A stretch of DNA of 64,000 nucleotides. Origin: Adineta vaga (Eukaryota > Animalia > Rotifera). The stretch covers positions 868,001 to 932,000 of the forward strand of contig CP075494.1 in the NCBI GenBank assembly GCA_021613535.1. The letters run 5' to 3'. This document shows, piece after piece, positions 25,096 to 38,450 of this stretch (position 1 is its first letter; each line of letters opens with the position of its first letter). Made by a program: the position numbers and the translations under genes. The notes beneath the pieces are model-generated. The model searched no databases and was not told where the DNA came from. It was given only the letters and a program-made list of their open reading frames with translations.

Positions 25096-25528
25096 AACAA
25101 TTATCACAAAACTAGAAGTTTTTCACTATTCATAGATAATAAGATTATTGGTTGGATGGCGTTTATATAAGTTGCATTTTTGTGTGATATCTGCCAATAT
25201 AGTGGATAATTGAATAATTTGTTGTGTTAAGTTGTAATAAAGAAAAGAAGATATAAAGAATGAAGATGTAATGCATCTGGTGAGAGATGAATCAGGTTTA
25301 GGTGTGGAGCAGAAGTATAGTTGAAATAAGGTTGAATGTAGCTTTGGTCGTTGAATGATAAGTATGCGGTTTGAAATAAAAGTTTGTGTCATCTGAAATG
25401 AAAAGAGGAAATACAGTTAATGTTTTTGTTTGTCAGTGCTTGATTCTGGATTCTAAGAGAATGAAGTTAGGAAAACGTTAAGTACAAGAAATGAAAGAGC
25501 TACAAAGTATTTTGAACCTTTCACTTTT

Positions 25529-26265
25529 TTATAAGGTGTAATGTAAAAGATAATAATCGAGATATTCATCATGTTCGCGGTCGTCATCGTCGGTAAGTTC
25601 GTCGGAGTCAGTTGTGTCATTTATTTTTGTGAAGCAAGTGGAAAAATCTTCGTTAGATTGAACACGTTGTTTCACAGTTGGTCGGCGTCGTTCTATAATG
25701 TTCAACATTGTGTCATCTGGAACTGACGAAGGATTTGTCTGCTTATGGAGTAGAAAGTATTGCTTTTGTTTTTCAATGGCTTGTATGTATTCTTCCACTT
25801 TTGCTTCTGCTAATGATATTATTTTAGCGAGAGAATGGGACTTGAATACGCCAAAAGTCTGTATTATATGTGTTTTATGAACCATAAAGTGTTCTAGTAT
25901 AGAGTATGCTTCGCGTTTGTTTTCATCAAGTAGTTGACGCTTAGCTTTACTGATCATGTTAGTTAACTCTTTCGGGACCGGTGACGCTTTAAAGCGTCAT
26001 TGAAATTTTATACGATCTGGTGCAAGTGAATTCGAATTTTTCCCGGATCTCTTCGAAGTAAGAAAGATAAAGATGCGGATCATAACACAAACGTGTAAAA
26101 TAAAGCAACCGCAACATTTACTTCGAAGATACCCACCACAGATTCGAATTCACTTGCGCCAGATCATATAAAATTTCAATGACGCTTTAAATCGTCACCG
26201 GTCCCGAAAGGGTTAAGTAGTCTAGGCATATCATATTTTTCCAAAGGTCTACAGCATAGTTGATC
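25529..26265 (-). pseudogene. Athena/Terminon coiled-coil-type ORF with acidic tail, split by a MITE
   Basis: Removing the MITE and one TTAA restores ag|INYAVDLWKNMICLDYLTN-MISKAKRQLL.... Confidence 0.65.
25967..26212. mobile_element. piggyBac-family MITE
   Basis: TTAA duplication at 25963-66 and 26213-16. TIRs of about 70 bp, CyCTTTCGGGACCGGTGACG.... Confidence 0.92.
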
Positions 26266-26285
26266 TAAAGCAGATAGAAGTAATT

Positions 26286-26319
26286 TGAGGGTGAGGGTGT
26301 GGGTGTGGATGAGGGTGAG
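26286..26319 (+). repeat. Telomeric tract at an Athena 3' junction
   Basis: TGAGGG TGAGGG TGTGGG TGTGGA TGAGGG TGAG. Confidence 0.92.
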
Positions 26320-26334
26320 TTTTGAATATTAAAC

Positions 26335-26386
26335 TACCACAATCCGGATTTCGACTTTTGTTTAATAAGTCGATCATTAGGTGGTA
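26335..26386 (-). ncRNA. Degenerate type I hammerhead ribozyme
   Basis: taccac-CTAATGA-tc-gactt attaaacaa aagtc-GAAA-tccgga-TT-gtggta. The core G5 is mutated to A, so it is probably inactive. Confidence 0.75.
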
Positions 26387-27017
26387 AGAAAGAAATCTGC
26401 ATGATAGAAAATTTAATTTAACTTTTTTGAAATTATAAAAATTCCAAAGAAAATTAATTGAAATTTCCTAAAGAAGAAGAAAGTAGTTATATTCCAGGGG
26501 TGAGACTGGCGACGGTAAACTTTTTCGAGTTGACTAAAGTTCTCATCAGATGGTTTTTTGTCTCTTATATGGTTTAATAAGGAATCAAATTAAGCTAATT
26601 TACGTCTAATAAATTCAGTAATAAAACTATACTCACGATAGTAAATAATATGTAAGGTGGAGTGAGAGACATCAAGTACTGAGACACTTGATAAGTTCTT
26701 AGAATCAATTCGAACTAGACTCTAGTGATTGATCATGTAAAATTTGTTGTGGTTGAACTGTATGGTTGTATAGCATAAGATATTGGTGCTTGATTAGAAG
26801 TTGCTTTGTTTTTATTATTTTCTTTAGGTATAGGCTATACTGTTATGTGGATTAAATCTAGAATAAATGAAAAAGAGTAATGAGAAAAGTAAATATGTAA
26901 GACAATTAAAAGAAAAAGATGAGTAGTTCAATATAATAAAGTAAAGAAAAAGGAAAGTTTATTATTTTACATTGTAATCAGATGATTGTATATAGGATAA
27001 AGATAAGTTTTGGTTAT

Positions 27018-27930
27018 TCATAAGCTGGATTGAGTATTATCATCTTCGTCTTCATCACTGTACTTCGAATCAAGCTTCTCGAATTGAGAAAGAACTTCTT
27101 TAGCATATTCGTCCGATACGTCGTCATCATCTCCGCTAGTTTTAAGAATTTCGATAAATTCATCCATCAAATGGTGTTGATTTAAGAGAATAATATCTTT
27201 CAGTGAAAAATGCATATGATACTTTATTAAAGTAAGACGTTGGTGGCGTATAATTAAGTTATCAAGTGAAGTTTTATCAGAGGATAATAACGATGTTGTA
27301 GATAAAGACATGACTGAACCTATTAGTGGTTTAGTATGAATATCTAAAAGATAAAAAGTATAGATTACATACAAATAAATGAAAATACATAAAGAAAATG
27401 ATGAGAATAGTAAAATGAAATGAAGTTTATCTATGAAATAACTGATTTATGTGTTGACCTAAAATATTAGATAAAATAACAATAAGTAAATGAAAGGTTT
27501 GACTTTAAGATAAACTTACTTATGGATTGATTTCTGTTGAGACATTATTTATGGTATCAGTAGTTGTTCTAAATCGTTTTGATGGTGACTCTTCTCTATC
27601 GTCATCTGTGTCTGTATCTCTATCTGTATCCCGATTTGTATCCCCATCTGAATCTTCATTTGGATCGTCGATATCACTAGAAACCTCATACATATGAGAA
27701 TACCGTTCTTGGTTATATTCACGTTCTCCAAAAAGTGCAACTATTTTATCCATTAAGTCTGCATCGACTAAACGCTTGAAAACATCGTCGGACATGTAGC
27801 GACAACCATGTTTTTGTAGTATCCAATGTTGGTAATCTTCTCTATCAAAATACCGTGGAATACGACTAGTGACTGTAAATGCTGCTTTTATTGCTGATAA
27901 TGGTGTTGGTTGTTTAATTAATTCAGGCAT
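27018..27930 (-). CDS. Terminon-associated acidic ORF(s) of unknown function, spliced
   Basis: Two exon-like ORFs are co-oriented with the HHR at 26335. The SRIPRYF motif resembles RIPKYL and RKPMYL in the neighbouring coiled-coil ORFs. Confidence 0.5.
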
Positions 27931-28759
27931 TGTAGTAAGAAATCTAGAAAGTATGAAAATGATTAAATGAAGTTCTTAATAATAAGACATAAATATAGAA
28001 CATAACAATACAGTCTTCAGTTGTATTTCTATCAAGCTCATTGAATTCTACAGTCTCATCAAGTAGTGGTTTGAAAAATCAACATGATTGAAGCAAAATA
28101 TATATCTCAAATTAAATTGATAAATCAAATCAATAATTTCCAATATATGAATCTATGCAAGTGAGGAACGAAAGAAGAAGAATGAAAGATACAATCAAAA
28201 GTTTCTAATTTAGAAAAAAGTGGATATTTTGAGATATCAATGATTGTTCTCCTATATCCTGTTGAATGATGAAGTTTATTATGTTTTATTGGAGATAGAG
28301 TAATTGTGTATGTGTAATGAATATGTTTAATATTGGTAATAATAATAATAGAATAGTACAATAATTTCAAACAATACATACTTATTTATGATATTAAGAG
28401 AAAACTAAATGAAATTAGAAGCATTTTCTAAAGAGAAAATATTCATATACTGAGAGGGAATGCAATGATCTATCTAAGATATAGTCGCATATATATAGTC
28501 GGAAAAGAGAGAGACAGAGAGATAGTAGAGAAATTCTTGGATTTTTCTCATTGGTGGAAAAAAGTATTTCTTAGGCGAAAAAAAGCCAGAGATAATATAA
28601 ACAATTGCATGAACAGATTGAATCCATAAATGATGTCATGATGATGTCTTCATTAGTTTGATAGACCTTGAATTCTGATTGTAAAGTTCTGTATAGATTG
28701 TTATAGTATGTTTATGATTCGTTTATTAGAATTATTCGAACTACTATAGCAGAGTTGAA

Positions 28760-28813
28760 GCCAACTGAGGAGTTAGTCTTTTCGGGGACTAATGAAATCC
28801 TTTGGATCTTGGC
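28760..28813 (+). ncRNA. Type I hammerhead ribozyme, intact-looking
   Basis: gccaa-CTGAGGA-gttagtctt TTCG gggactaat-GAAA-tcc ttt gga-TC^ttggc. The predicted cut is after 28808. Confidence 0.92.
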
Positions 28814-28820
28814 ATCCGAG

Positions 28821-28865
28821 ACTCACACCCTCACCCCCAGACTCTTACCCTCACACCCTCATCCC
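28821..28865 (-). repeat. Reverse-complement telomeric tract immediately before the Terminon ORF1 ATG
   Basis: ACTCACACCCTCACCCC...CTTACCCTCACACCCTCATCCC, then T-ATG at 28867. Confidence 0.85.
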
Positions 28866-28866
28866 T

Positions 28867-30196
28867 ATGGATTTTAACGACGATGATCATGAGAATGATA
28901 TTTATGATGTTAACGTAAGCAATAATTCGATTACTTTGAAAGACAAAGCAATTTTCTATTAACAATCTAATTTATTTTTTAGCCAATCGACGAAAAAGTT
29001 CTCTCACAACAATTCGATCATTTATCTCTCATCGACATTGATAACCAACCAATTACATTAAAAGAGATCGATATCGAACTCAATAGAATTCCAAAATACT
29101 TAATGAAACAAAATCAATCATTGAAGCAAATGATATGCCATGCACTCTCTACAATACCTGTATCACCAACGACAACAGCAACATCAATAGAGTCTATGAA
29201 AAATCTACGAAAAATTACAATTTTGATACATAAAATAATGATTATCGAAACGTATCATAATCTATGGACAATTAATTGATGAACCGACAGGTTCACAATT
29301 GAACAAGTATCTCGTAAATTTACCTATATGGCCAAAAGAAATTAAAGCAATGGCATGGCAAAAAGATGTTACTACGGCTACGAATTTAGATGAGCGATAC
29401 GAAAATACAATCTGTACGAATTTTGTCAATAATCTTTTACAAGAACTTACCGAACGTTTAAAATACTATGAAATTGAATTGGAAAAGACAAAATCTACTT
29501 TCATTAATTTTACAATAAATAGTCAACAGATAATTGAAACCTATATTATTAACAATCTTCAATGGTTACGTATGAAAGTTCAACATAATATTGAACTCAC
29601 GTATTATGATTATCATATTCAAGCAATAAAATTAGAATACTTACGATATAATCCAAGTCCATATCAAGTAAATAGTTCTTTTATTTTTGTTATCTAAATT
29701 CAGTTTTCTTTGCATTCTTCATTATCGACGTTTATCTTCTTTTTAGAAACAATTAATGAAAGAACTTTGTAAAGATATGTATGAACAAGAAGTAGCTGAA
29801 GAGCAATATAAACTACTTCAACAACAAATTACCTTCTATACTTCATCAGATCAAACGTCATTATTCGAATCAATATTGTCAATTGATCATTCGTCATTAA
29901 TTCAGTCCATTCAAAATCATGCCATTCGAGAACGTTTATATGATCAATATAAAGAAATTGCTAAAGAATCAAGAACTAAAATGTTCAATCTCTACTTGAA
30001 AACGGCTGAAGATGAAAAAAACCAATGTCAATATAAATATGCAGCTAGTATAAAGAAAATGTGGTCAGAGCGTAATTCAGCTTCTGACAATGAAAAAACA
30101 CCAATGGTTATGATTGATCTCATTACTGAACATTGTAAGAAAATTAGTGAACGTATCAAATATATATACAAATTTCGAGGACAATCTATTGAATGA
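28867..30196 (+). pseudogene. Athena ORF1-like coiled-coil protein, spliced, disrupted
   Basis: MDFNDDDHENDIYDVN|PIDEK...RIPKYL...WPKEIK..., with heptad-rich helices. Stop/frameshift near 29275. Confidence 0.75.
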
Positions 30197-30341
30197 AATT
30201 ATTCACGAGAATTTGAATTGTAGATATTTGTTAATTAAATTCAATAAATCTTTCTTCTTCGATTCTTTTCAGATATATGTCTGTTTCGTGAATTTATTTG
30301 TAATATAATCTAGATATATTGATAGTCTTTTGTAACCTATT

Positions 30342-33300
30342 ATGGATGTCAATTATAATATTACACGAAATAATAATCCAGTCGTACATCAAGACGTCTT
30401 AGAAACACAGCAGCAGCGGCAGCAACAACAACTGTCACGACAACAACGAAGACAAAAATCTCATGGCAATCGACGTAATCAACGTTTCCGAAGAAAATGT
30501 CGTGCACAAAATATGAAACCAACTAAAATAGAAAAGTTAATTTAGAAACGAAATCGTGTCAAAAAGGAAAATACAAACAATAACGAGAGGAATCTACAAA
30601 CGGTAACATCGAATCAAGAAATAGTTACTGAAGGAAATACACAAGCAGTAACGGTGGTAGCAACGACGACAACAACAACACCACTCTCACAAAATGAAAA
30701 TAAACGTAAACGAGATGTTTCGTTCCTAGAACTGAAAACAAATTCGACAATAGTACCTAAATTAACAAGTTCAACATCTTTTATAGAACCTTCATCGAAG
30801 AAAAAGAAAATCAGTATTGATAATCTTAATCTATTTATGAATTATCGGTGAGTTTCTATCAGTATAATATATATAGGATACAAGTATGTGTAAAACACTA
30901 TTTTTGTTTTGTTTCTTATATTATAGAAAACCTATGTATTTGGATCGATCACCTACAGTACTTTTTCAAATGTTGCATAAAATATTAAATTATACATTAA
31001 AAACAAAAGATGAGAAAGATTTTATTTATACACGATTAAATCCATTAGACCAACACTATTGTTTAGAAATTCATCGACAATTATGGCAATCCTATTTCAA
31101 TATCGGTCAAGAGAAGCATACATTGCCAGTAAGTTTATTTTTTTGAAGAAAAAAAATCAATTCTCTCTTTTCATTCTCTTCGTACGAAGACTCAGCTTCA
31201 GATTATGACAAAGACAAATGACTTCAAATTATGTCAGCAATATTTGCTTGATTATATTGAAGCAATTAGAAGTCAATCAGAAGAATATGAAGAGGAATTG
31301 AACAGACAAATACAATCATGTCCGATAGCAGAATTAACAAGTAATCAAATTGATTGTTGTCTAAAAGAAATTGTTGATTGTCAACGAAAATATATATCGA
31401 TCAAAAACAATAGAGAAATATTTGAATTCAAAGAACGTATAAGCGAAAACGAGCTGTTGCAATCGATATGCACATTTGAATTCACAAATGAACAAGTAAG
31501 TTCTAACTCTCTGTGACTTTTTTTTCTCTCTACACGTGTGATTATTCTGATCTTTGAACATGTCTTTATTTTAGAATGAATCTTTTCAACAACTACTAAG
31601 TATACGACAACAATCAATGAAATATTATGAAGAACTTCTAATGTTTGAAACACGAATTTTATGCAAGTTTTTACCATTAGATTTCATTCAATTAGAACAT
31701 TTTATTGCACCTATAAAGTATAAACCCTTTATTCATCAGCACAAATCAATTCAATTTAATAGTAAATATCATAAAATTATACAAGATGGAAAACGATTGT
31801 GGTTAAATATTTTAATACATACTTATGAGATCAAACTACAAGAATATGATCAACAATATCAAAATGAATTTTTACGATTCGAAAACAAATCACAATTATT
31901 AACAGATACAGCCTCGACAGCAGCAACAACTGCTACACCCCTTGTTCCTATAGATGATCATTCTTCTAAATCGATAGTAGACAAAATTAAAGAATATTTG
32001 AATTATCGTACACGTAGCTTGCAACGAGAAATACATGCCAAAATTCCATCTTTTCGACGAAGATTATTACAGAATCGTCAACGTTCATCATTGATAAAAA
32101 CAGCAGTAGATGTTTCTCCTGAACCATATCTTGATTTATATTCGAATCCGTTCAATAAGTGTCAATGGAATCAACTTTCATTAGGTAAGAAAATAAGATG
32201 AATATATTCTTTTTCATTTTCATATCTATTGACATATGTAGATCCATCTTTTATAAGAATGAATCAAACTGCACTTCGTCCAAAAGACCAACAGAAGGTT
32301 GTAATCGAAACAGAATATAAAGAAATTTATCGAACAGCAAAAAATCATCTTATTTCCCGTCCGCATCATGTTTCATCTGAATCACCTTATTTCAAATTAT
32401 ACGCACATCAACTTCAGACTTATCTTAATCGTTGCTACTTTTCTCCAACATCCTACAAAGATCATATTCAAGCTTTACAACAAAAAAATATTACCAGAAG
32501 TATTCGAGAAAAAATAAAACAAAATAATCTTATTATTCGTCAAACTGATAAAGGTCATAATTTTTATATTGGTTCAGCAATCGAATTCAAGAAAAAAGTC
32601 GAAAAATTCTTTCAAGATACAAATGCTTTCATGGAATTATCTGATAATCCATTCAATGAAATTCAAAGTAAAGTTATTAACTTACTTAATCGATTACGTC
32701 AAGAAGAACCTATTTCCCAAGAACAATATAAAATAATGATGTTCGGTCGTACGAAATGTGAATTAGCTCATTTATATTGTAATCCAAAAACGCACAAAGC
32801 AAAAGTTTCTTTTCATCTTTTATCAAGCTTTCATAATTTATGGAGAATGTGACTTAGGATGATATACCGGTATGACCAATTGAAAATACTATATCTGCTC
32901 CAACTACAGATGTATCGAAATTTTCAGATAGTATCATAGGACCTATATTCAATAAAGAACGTCAATTGACAAATCTTATCGATGGTACTTCGTTTCTTCA
33001 GAGAATATTAAATTATACAAATAAAGATCTTTTAAAATCCTCAACTCTTTTTTGTACATTTGATATTCATAATCTTTGTACCATCTTACCACAAGACGAA
33101 GTTCTTGATATTCTTGTAGAATTTCTTCGAATACATGGATATAGAAGTGTTGAACGAATTTCTCTTGATACAATAAGACAACTAGCTTCGGTTGTTATTA
33201 AAGAAAATGTTTTTGTTTATGTAAAAAAAAATTTATCGACAGATTCTTGGTGGTGCAAATGGGTTCATCGTTTACTTTGACTTTGGCTAATATATTTATG

Positions 33301-34444
33301 TGGAAATGGGGAAAAGAATTCGTACGTCTACAAGATATGACTGGTGAATTTTATGGTCGGTAAATAGAAAGATTGAATAGTTGCGAATAACATTTATTTA
33401 TGAATATTTCTATACTACAGTTATATAGATGATATTTTTATCACATGGAATCGATCAGAACAAAGTTTAATTCAGCTATTAAATGAAGCAAATACATGGC
33501 ATCCAAACATTAAATTAGATTATAAAATCGGTTAAAGTCTTTCATTTCTTGACATTCTTCTAACAAATAATAATGTGGATCTACTTACATGTGTCTATGA
33601 TAAACCAGCAGCTGAACCTTATGTTGTACCATTTATCTCTGATCATCCACGACACGTCTTTATTAATATTATCCAAAATCGTCTTGCATATGCTCTCAAA
33701 TATTCATCGACTTTTGAATCATTCAATCAAGAACGCCGATACATTAAGTTAATGTTATTATATAACGGGTAACTTTTGTCTATCAGTCAATATTCTGCAT
33801 AGTACTTGTTTTGTTTTTCCTCTTCTAGTTACCCTTCAACATTCATTGAAAGTGAATTTCGAAAATTTTTTCATAAATACATTTCGCCATCATCATTACT
33901 ACCTTTTATAATTAATGAAAATCAATTTTCTGTTATGCGTAATACATTATTTCCTGAACTTGGAAATCGTCAGACACAAGTAACTGAAATCATTGCACTA
34001 GGAGAAGAAGATGACGACGACGACGCCAACGATAAAACAACAAATGTAGAACAGCAAAGAGAAATATTATTCATAAATAAACAAAAAAAGGACGAAACTA
34101 AATTGTTTATTCATTACACATATGAACATCGTTTAAAAGAAATGAGACGAGATCTTCATCAGGTTCATGAAGATATATTAAATCAGTCTACAAACCAAAA
34201 TATTAAAGTGACAGTGGGCAATAAAATTCGTCGAAATGCAAATCATGAACTAATTCGTAAACATCCAAAACGAATATTATTGAGAAATCAACCACATCTT
34301 AGTAAGTCATATGAAAATTAATGATATACTCTTTCTAATCTATAGTTCTATAATTATTTTTTTTATTACCGTTCAGAAAGACTACGTCAATTAGATCAAT
34401 CGTCAATTACCAAGAAACCTTATAATGGACAAACAGAAATATAA
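30342..34444 (+). pseudogene. Athena reverse transcriptase (long N-terminal coiled-coil plus PLE RT plus thumb), multiple introns, stops and frameshifts
   Basis: IRQTDKGHNF, LYCNPKTHK, FCTFDIHNL (motif A), frameshifted QILGGAMGS (motif B'), YIDDIF at about 33422 and KPAAEPYVVPFISDHPRH. Confidence 0.93.
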
Positions 34445-34728
34445 TTGTAAAATATACCATCTTTCGTTATATTCAATTTGCTTAACAATATTTCGCAACA
34501 ACCGCTTTATCCACAAAATAATGGAAATTATCTACAACTATACTCTGTTCTTCCATTGCTTATTATGAAAACCTATTTTCCACTTTCAAAGAAATATTCT
34601 ATATACCTATGATTTTTTAAAAATCTCTGTTATTATTCAGAACATGAAAATAAAACGAAAAGAGAGCTATATGATTCCGTTTGATTTGTATTTTCTTTCC
34701 CTTTTAAATAGTCATCTGTAACTTATTT

Positions 34729-35998
34729 ATGTATGATAGTAATGTTTTTCATTTCAGATTATCACACTTGAATAATATGGAGTATTTAAAATTTGTCTAT
34801 CCAACATATCTTCAGACGTTCAGCGAAGCTTTATATTCGGCAATACTTCCCTCAAGACCTAAAGGATATCAACATCGATCAACAAAACCTAGAAAATATG
34901 ATTTTAATCCTGTTAATCATACAATACCCGAATCTTTTCTGGAAGATGGAAAAGAATTCCTATCTACAATCAATACAACAAATCTTATAAATGATCATAG
35001 CAATAAATCTATCTCTAATTTAATTGCAACTAATGTAACTTTTCCATGGACTACGACTGATACAAATAATTCGAATTTTAATCTCCTCCAAAATGTAACA
35101 ATAGATGATTATTATTAATGCGATGCGAAGAATGAGCTGAGCATTACTGCAGTGCTTCTTGATTTTTCTTTTTTTATTTCCTGACTCCTTTCTCGACGTA
35201 CGCATCTCAAGTCCTCATTTAGTTACGCGATGATCTCGAGAACTGGACATCAGAAAAATTTCATTCAAAAACAAAATAAAAATATCGAAACTCTACTTGA
35301 AAACTCTGTAAACATAATTTATTTGTGACGTTCTATACGTATGCAGGAAGCTCAGAAAAAGACGATTTTGACTGTTAAATTTTGTGAGATAATTAAAATC
35401 AAGTTGTTAAGAAGAAAAGCTAGGCGCGAAGTTCGTTCCACAGATGTTTTACAGCTGATAGCAGCATACATGAAAAAAGATAGAACAAATGATGATTAAA
35501 ATCATCTTAACGAATGCTAATCGCATCGCATTCTGTACTAGAGTGAAGCTCGAGTACCCTCTAGTTCAAGTAGCAATACGATGAAGAAATATTTTAATTC
35601 GTTTGTTTATTTTATACGACTACAAGAATCACATCTATGGAAATATGTTCTTTATTTTACATTTATATGTGTTTTGTTGTTTATACTTCGAACAATAATT
35701 CGCCATGTTAATGCTTTTTATCGAACTTACTTTCATACATATGACTATGATAGTCATTCACATGGTATGTGGTCTTCAAATAGTTCTATTTCTCTTCTTT
35801 TTTTGTAACAAACCATGTACATTCAAAACATTTTTCTGTATAGATCATTCGACTTATTCGCAATATTCAGTAATACCAAATGAAAATGACATTTATCGAA
35901 GCAATACTGAGTTTCAACATAATGATCAATCTTCATTGGCTTCAAATCAAATATCATTAGCTGGCACAGTCATTACGCTTTTCCCTAAAACTGTATAA
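34729..35998 (+). pseudogene. Terminon cargo: single-pass membrane glycoprotein-like ORF split by a Helentron-like insert
   Basis: Excising 35110-35565 joins ...NVTIDD-SSSNTMKKYF...WKYVLYFTFICVLLFIL in frame. N-x-S/T sequons precede the TM segment. Confidence 0.6.
35110..35565 (+). mobile_element. Non-autonomous Helentron/HINE-like element
   Basis: Inserted at T|T with no TSD. Subterminal IRs ATGCGATGCGA (35118) and TCGCATCGCAT (35521), and a 3' hairpin ACTAGAG...CTCTAGT. Confidence 0.75.
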
Positions 35999-36250
35999 AT
36001 CATTTGATTTTCACATTATAATCCGACAAGAAGTCTTAGAGAAAACATGTCTCTTTTCATATCTAGAATGTGTGTAGATGTTATATAAGTAGGAGTGTCT
36101 TTTTGTACATTAGTTACGAAACATTTAATCAAACTATGTGTAATATATCAATATTCTTGTAAATAAATGAATTTAAATAAACATTAGAGTTAATATACTT
36201 TTTCTTCTTTCATCATCTTGTATACTTAAAGTCTTTACTTATTTCAGATT

Positions 36251-36955
36251 ATGAATACGAATAACAGTCAAATGAAACATACGACATCAGAACCGTTGAT
36301 TTCAAATAATGAAAATCAAACTGATATTCATTTACTGATATCTATGGAAAATGATACTGCCAATCGACCATTCTTACAATCTGCAACAGCTGATAGCGTT
36401 TCGAATCGAATATCATTGGGTCAAGCTCATTCACAATACAATAATACCCTCCGACCACGACATGCACGACGAGGTAGACGACATCAATATAAAACAGAAC
36501 AACGACGATTTTCATCGCAATATATTAATAGTGAACGATACGAACGATCGATAGAACGACAACGTCGAATTACACAACAATCACTACACCATAATAGTCA
36601 CTTTCAATATCACAATTCATTTGTCGATCGAACAGATCAAATGTCTTATGAATTATATTTGCAGACGGATGAGCATAGCAATACTAGAGGCGATTATGAA
36701 CAACAAGAACAAGCAAATGAACTCAAAGAGCTCGTTACTCAAGAACAATTAGTATAATTACAGGCTAAAATTGAGAAAATGGATCTAATTGATACATTTG
36801 ACAAAGAACAACAACAACAATTAAACAAACTTCAACGAGCAATTATTCCACAAGAAATAGCAATCGTAGAAGACGTAATCGAACAAATAAATCAAATTAA
36901 TCTGACACAAAGTACGCACCAAGAAGACGAAGAAGAAAAAGAAAAACATGAATGA
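36251..36955 (+). pseudogene. Terminon cargo: Arg/Gln-rich basic plus acidic coiled-coil ORF
   Basis: RPRHARRGRRHQYK... The frame continues past an in-frame stop at 36755-57 with E/Q-rich helices. Confidence 0.55.
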
Positions 36956-37260
36956 AATACGCAGCTAATTTATATTCGCTACAATGGGAACATCTAATGT
37001 ACTTAACTCAATAATCAAATCGAGATTATGCATTCAATCTACTTTAACACATAATTCATTAACTATTTTCCATTTCTTACAAATACTCATTCAACATTCG
37101 ATTCAAAAGTTTGCAAACAATCTATTCCTTATCGTGACTCAATGTAATATTTATATTATCTCAAACAAATATCTTCAAAGCACACAAATTATATATAGCT
37201 GATGAAAAATATCACGAAAATATTTTAAATAAATCTTCTTTCATATCCCAAGTTTCAATC

Positions 37261-38450
37261 ATGTTACAATTAATATTATTTCTTACCGTTTGTTCTTCTC
37301 TTTTATACTACTTATATCTCTAAACAGTCCCTATAAAAATGTGTAGCCATTTGATGAAAAATCTAACGATTTGAAAGAATATCTTCTTGGTAAATGTATT
37401 TACTTCTCTATCATGAAAGGTAAACAATTATTTCAGACTTTGTAGAACACTTTTAAATAAATCTAAATTTTTCCATTGAATTTTAGGCCGTAGATGATCT
37501 AATGTCATTAGTAGATCTTCGCAGTTACCATGATCTTCGATACGGTATCTTAAAGAGACTCACATTCTAAAGATTAGTTTACTTCAATTTATTTCTATAC
37601 ATCAACTTCATCCTGAATTTCTTTTTATTATTTTTAGATTTTTTGTTCATATCATATATTTCTATTGATTTCGAAACATCATGACTACCTACTATATTTA
37701 TCGCAACGATAGTCATTCCTATGGCTTTAATCGACCACTCAACCTTAGCACTGTATTCAACACCGATCTGGATGAATATTTGGCACATGTATATTTACAT
37801 CAAATGAAAATCAAACCACTTCGAGTAAATTGTACGGTAGCTCCGCTAGCTGAAGGTTGTCCTCTCGCAAATGTATCTACTTCTATGTCGAATAAAACTC
37901 AATTAGTTCCAAATTCTATAACAAATAACTACTATACAAATCTGGCACAACAACATCAACAAATTATTATCATTAGTCTGATATTGGTTTCCATGCTGTT
38001 AATATTACTTATATTTATTATAAGGAAACTTCTTTCAAAGAAAATCCGATCTGATGCACTCACATCTATCTCGAGTGGTGAGTTTTCTTTTCGATTTATT
38101 TCTTTATTCTTACAAATATACCACAGAATGAAAAGAACTATTTAAACACATATTTATATAGATATATCCAAAAATTTGCCCATAACGAATGATCCCAGAT
38201 TTATGCATTATGTTGATTGCATCTCGGAGTATTCTGATCGAATGAGTGTTGTGAACGAACAAAATAATAAATCAAACAAGAAAGTAAGTACATTTAACAT
38301 GATGCTAATTATATTTATTGTTTCAAAACTATTTTATTAAAACTTTGTAGATCATCCAATCATATGACTACGATTATCTTCCATGCCATTATCTTCAACA
38401 AAATGAAAACAAACTACCTTCAAATCCTATCCTCATGACTTCCAATTAAA
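37261..38450 (+). pseudogene. Terminon cargo: second single-pass membrane protein ORF, spliced, decayed
   Basis: Signal-like start MLQLILFLTVC.., Cys pair NCT..GCP, TM segment IIIISLILVSMLLILLIFII followed by a basic RK stop-transfer. GT-AG introns. Confidence 0.55.

Noticed and set aside
24898-25107. ORF beginning MIIVLTLTLTLTLK
   Set aside because: The LTLT run is translated telomeric repeat. Only the downstream RT fragment is real.
26495-26555. Second minus-strand HHR-like motif (ccat-CTGATGA...ctc-GAAA-aagtt-TA) followed by CTCACCCC
   Set aside because: The core is present but stems I and II do not pair. At best a decayed remnant, so not called.
37192-37230. CTGATGA...GAAA-atat-TT inside the Terminon
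   Set aside because: No stem II, poor stem I and no telomeric tract downstream.
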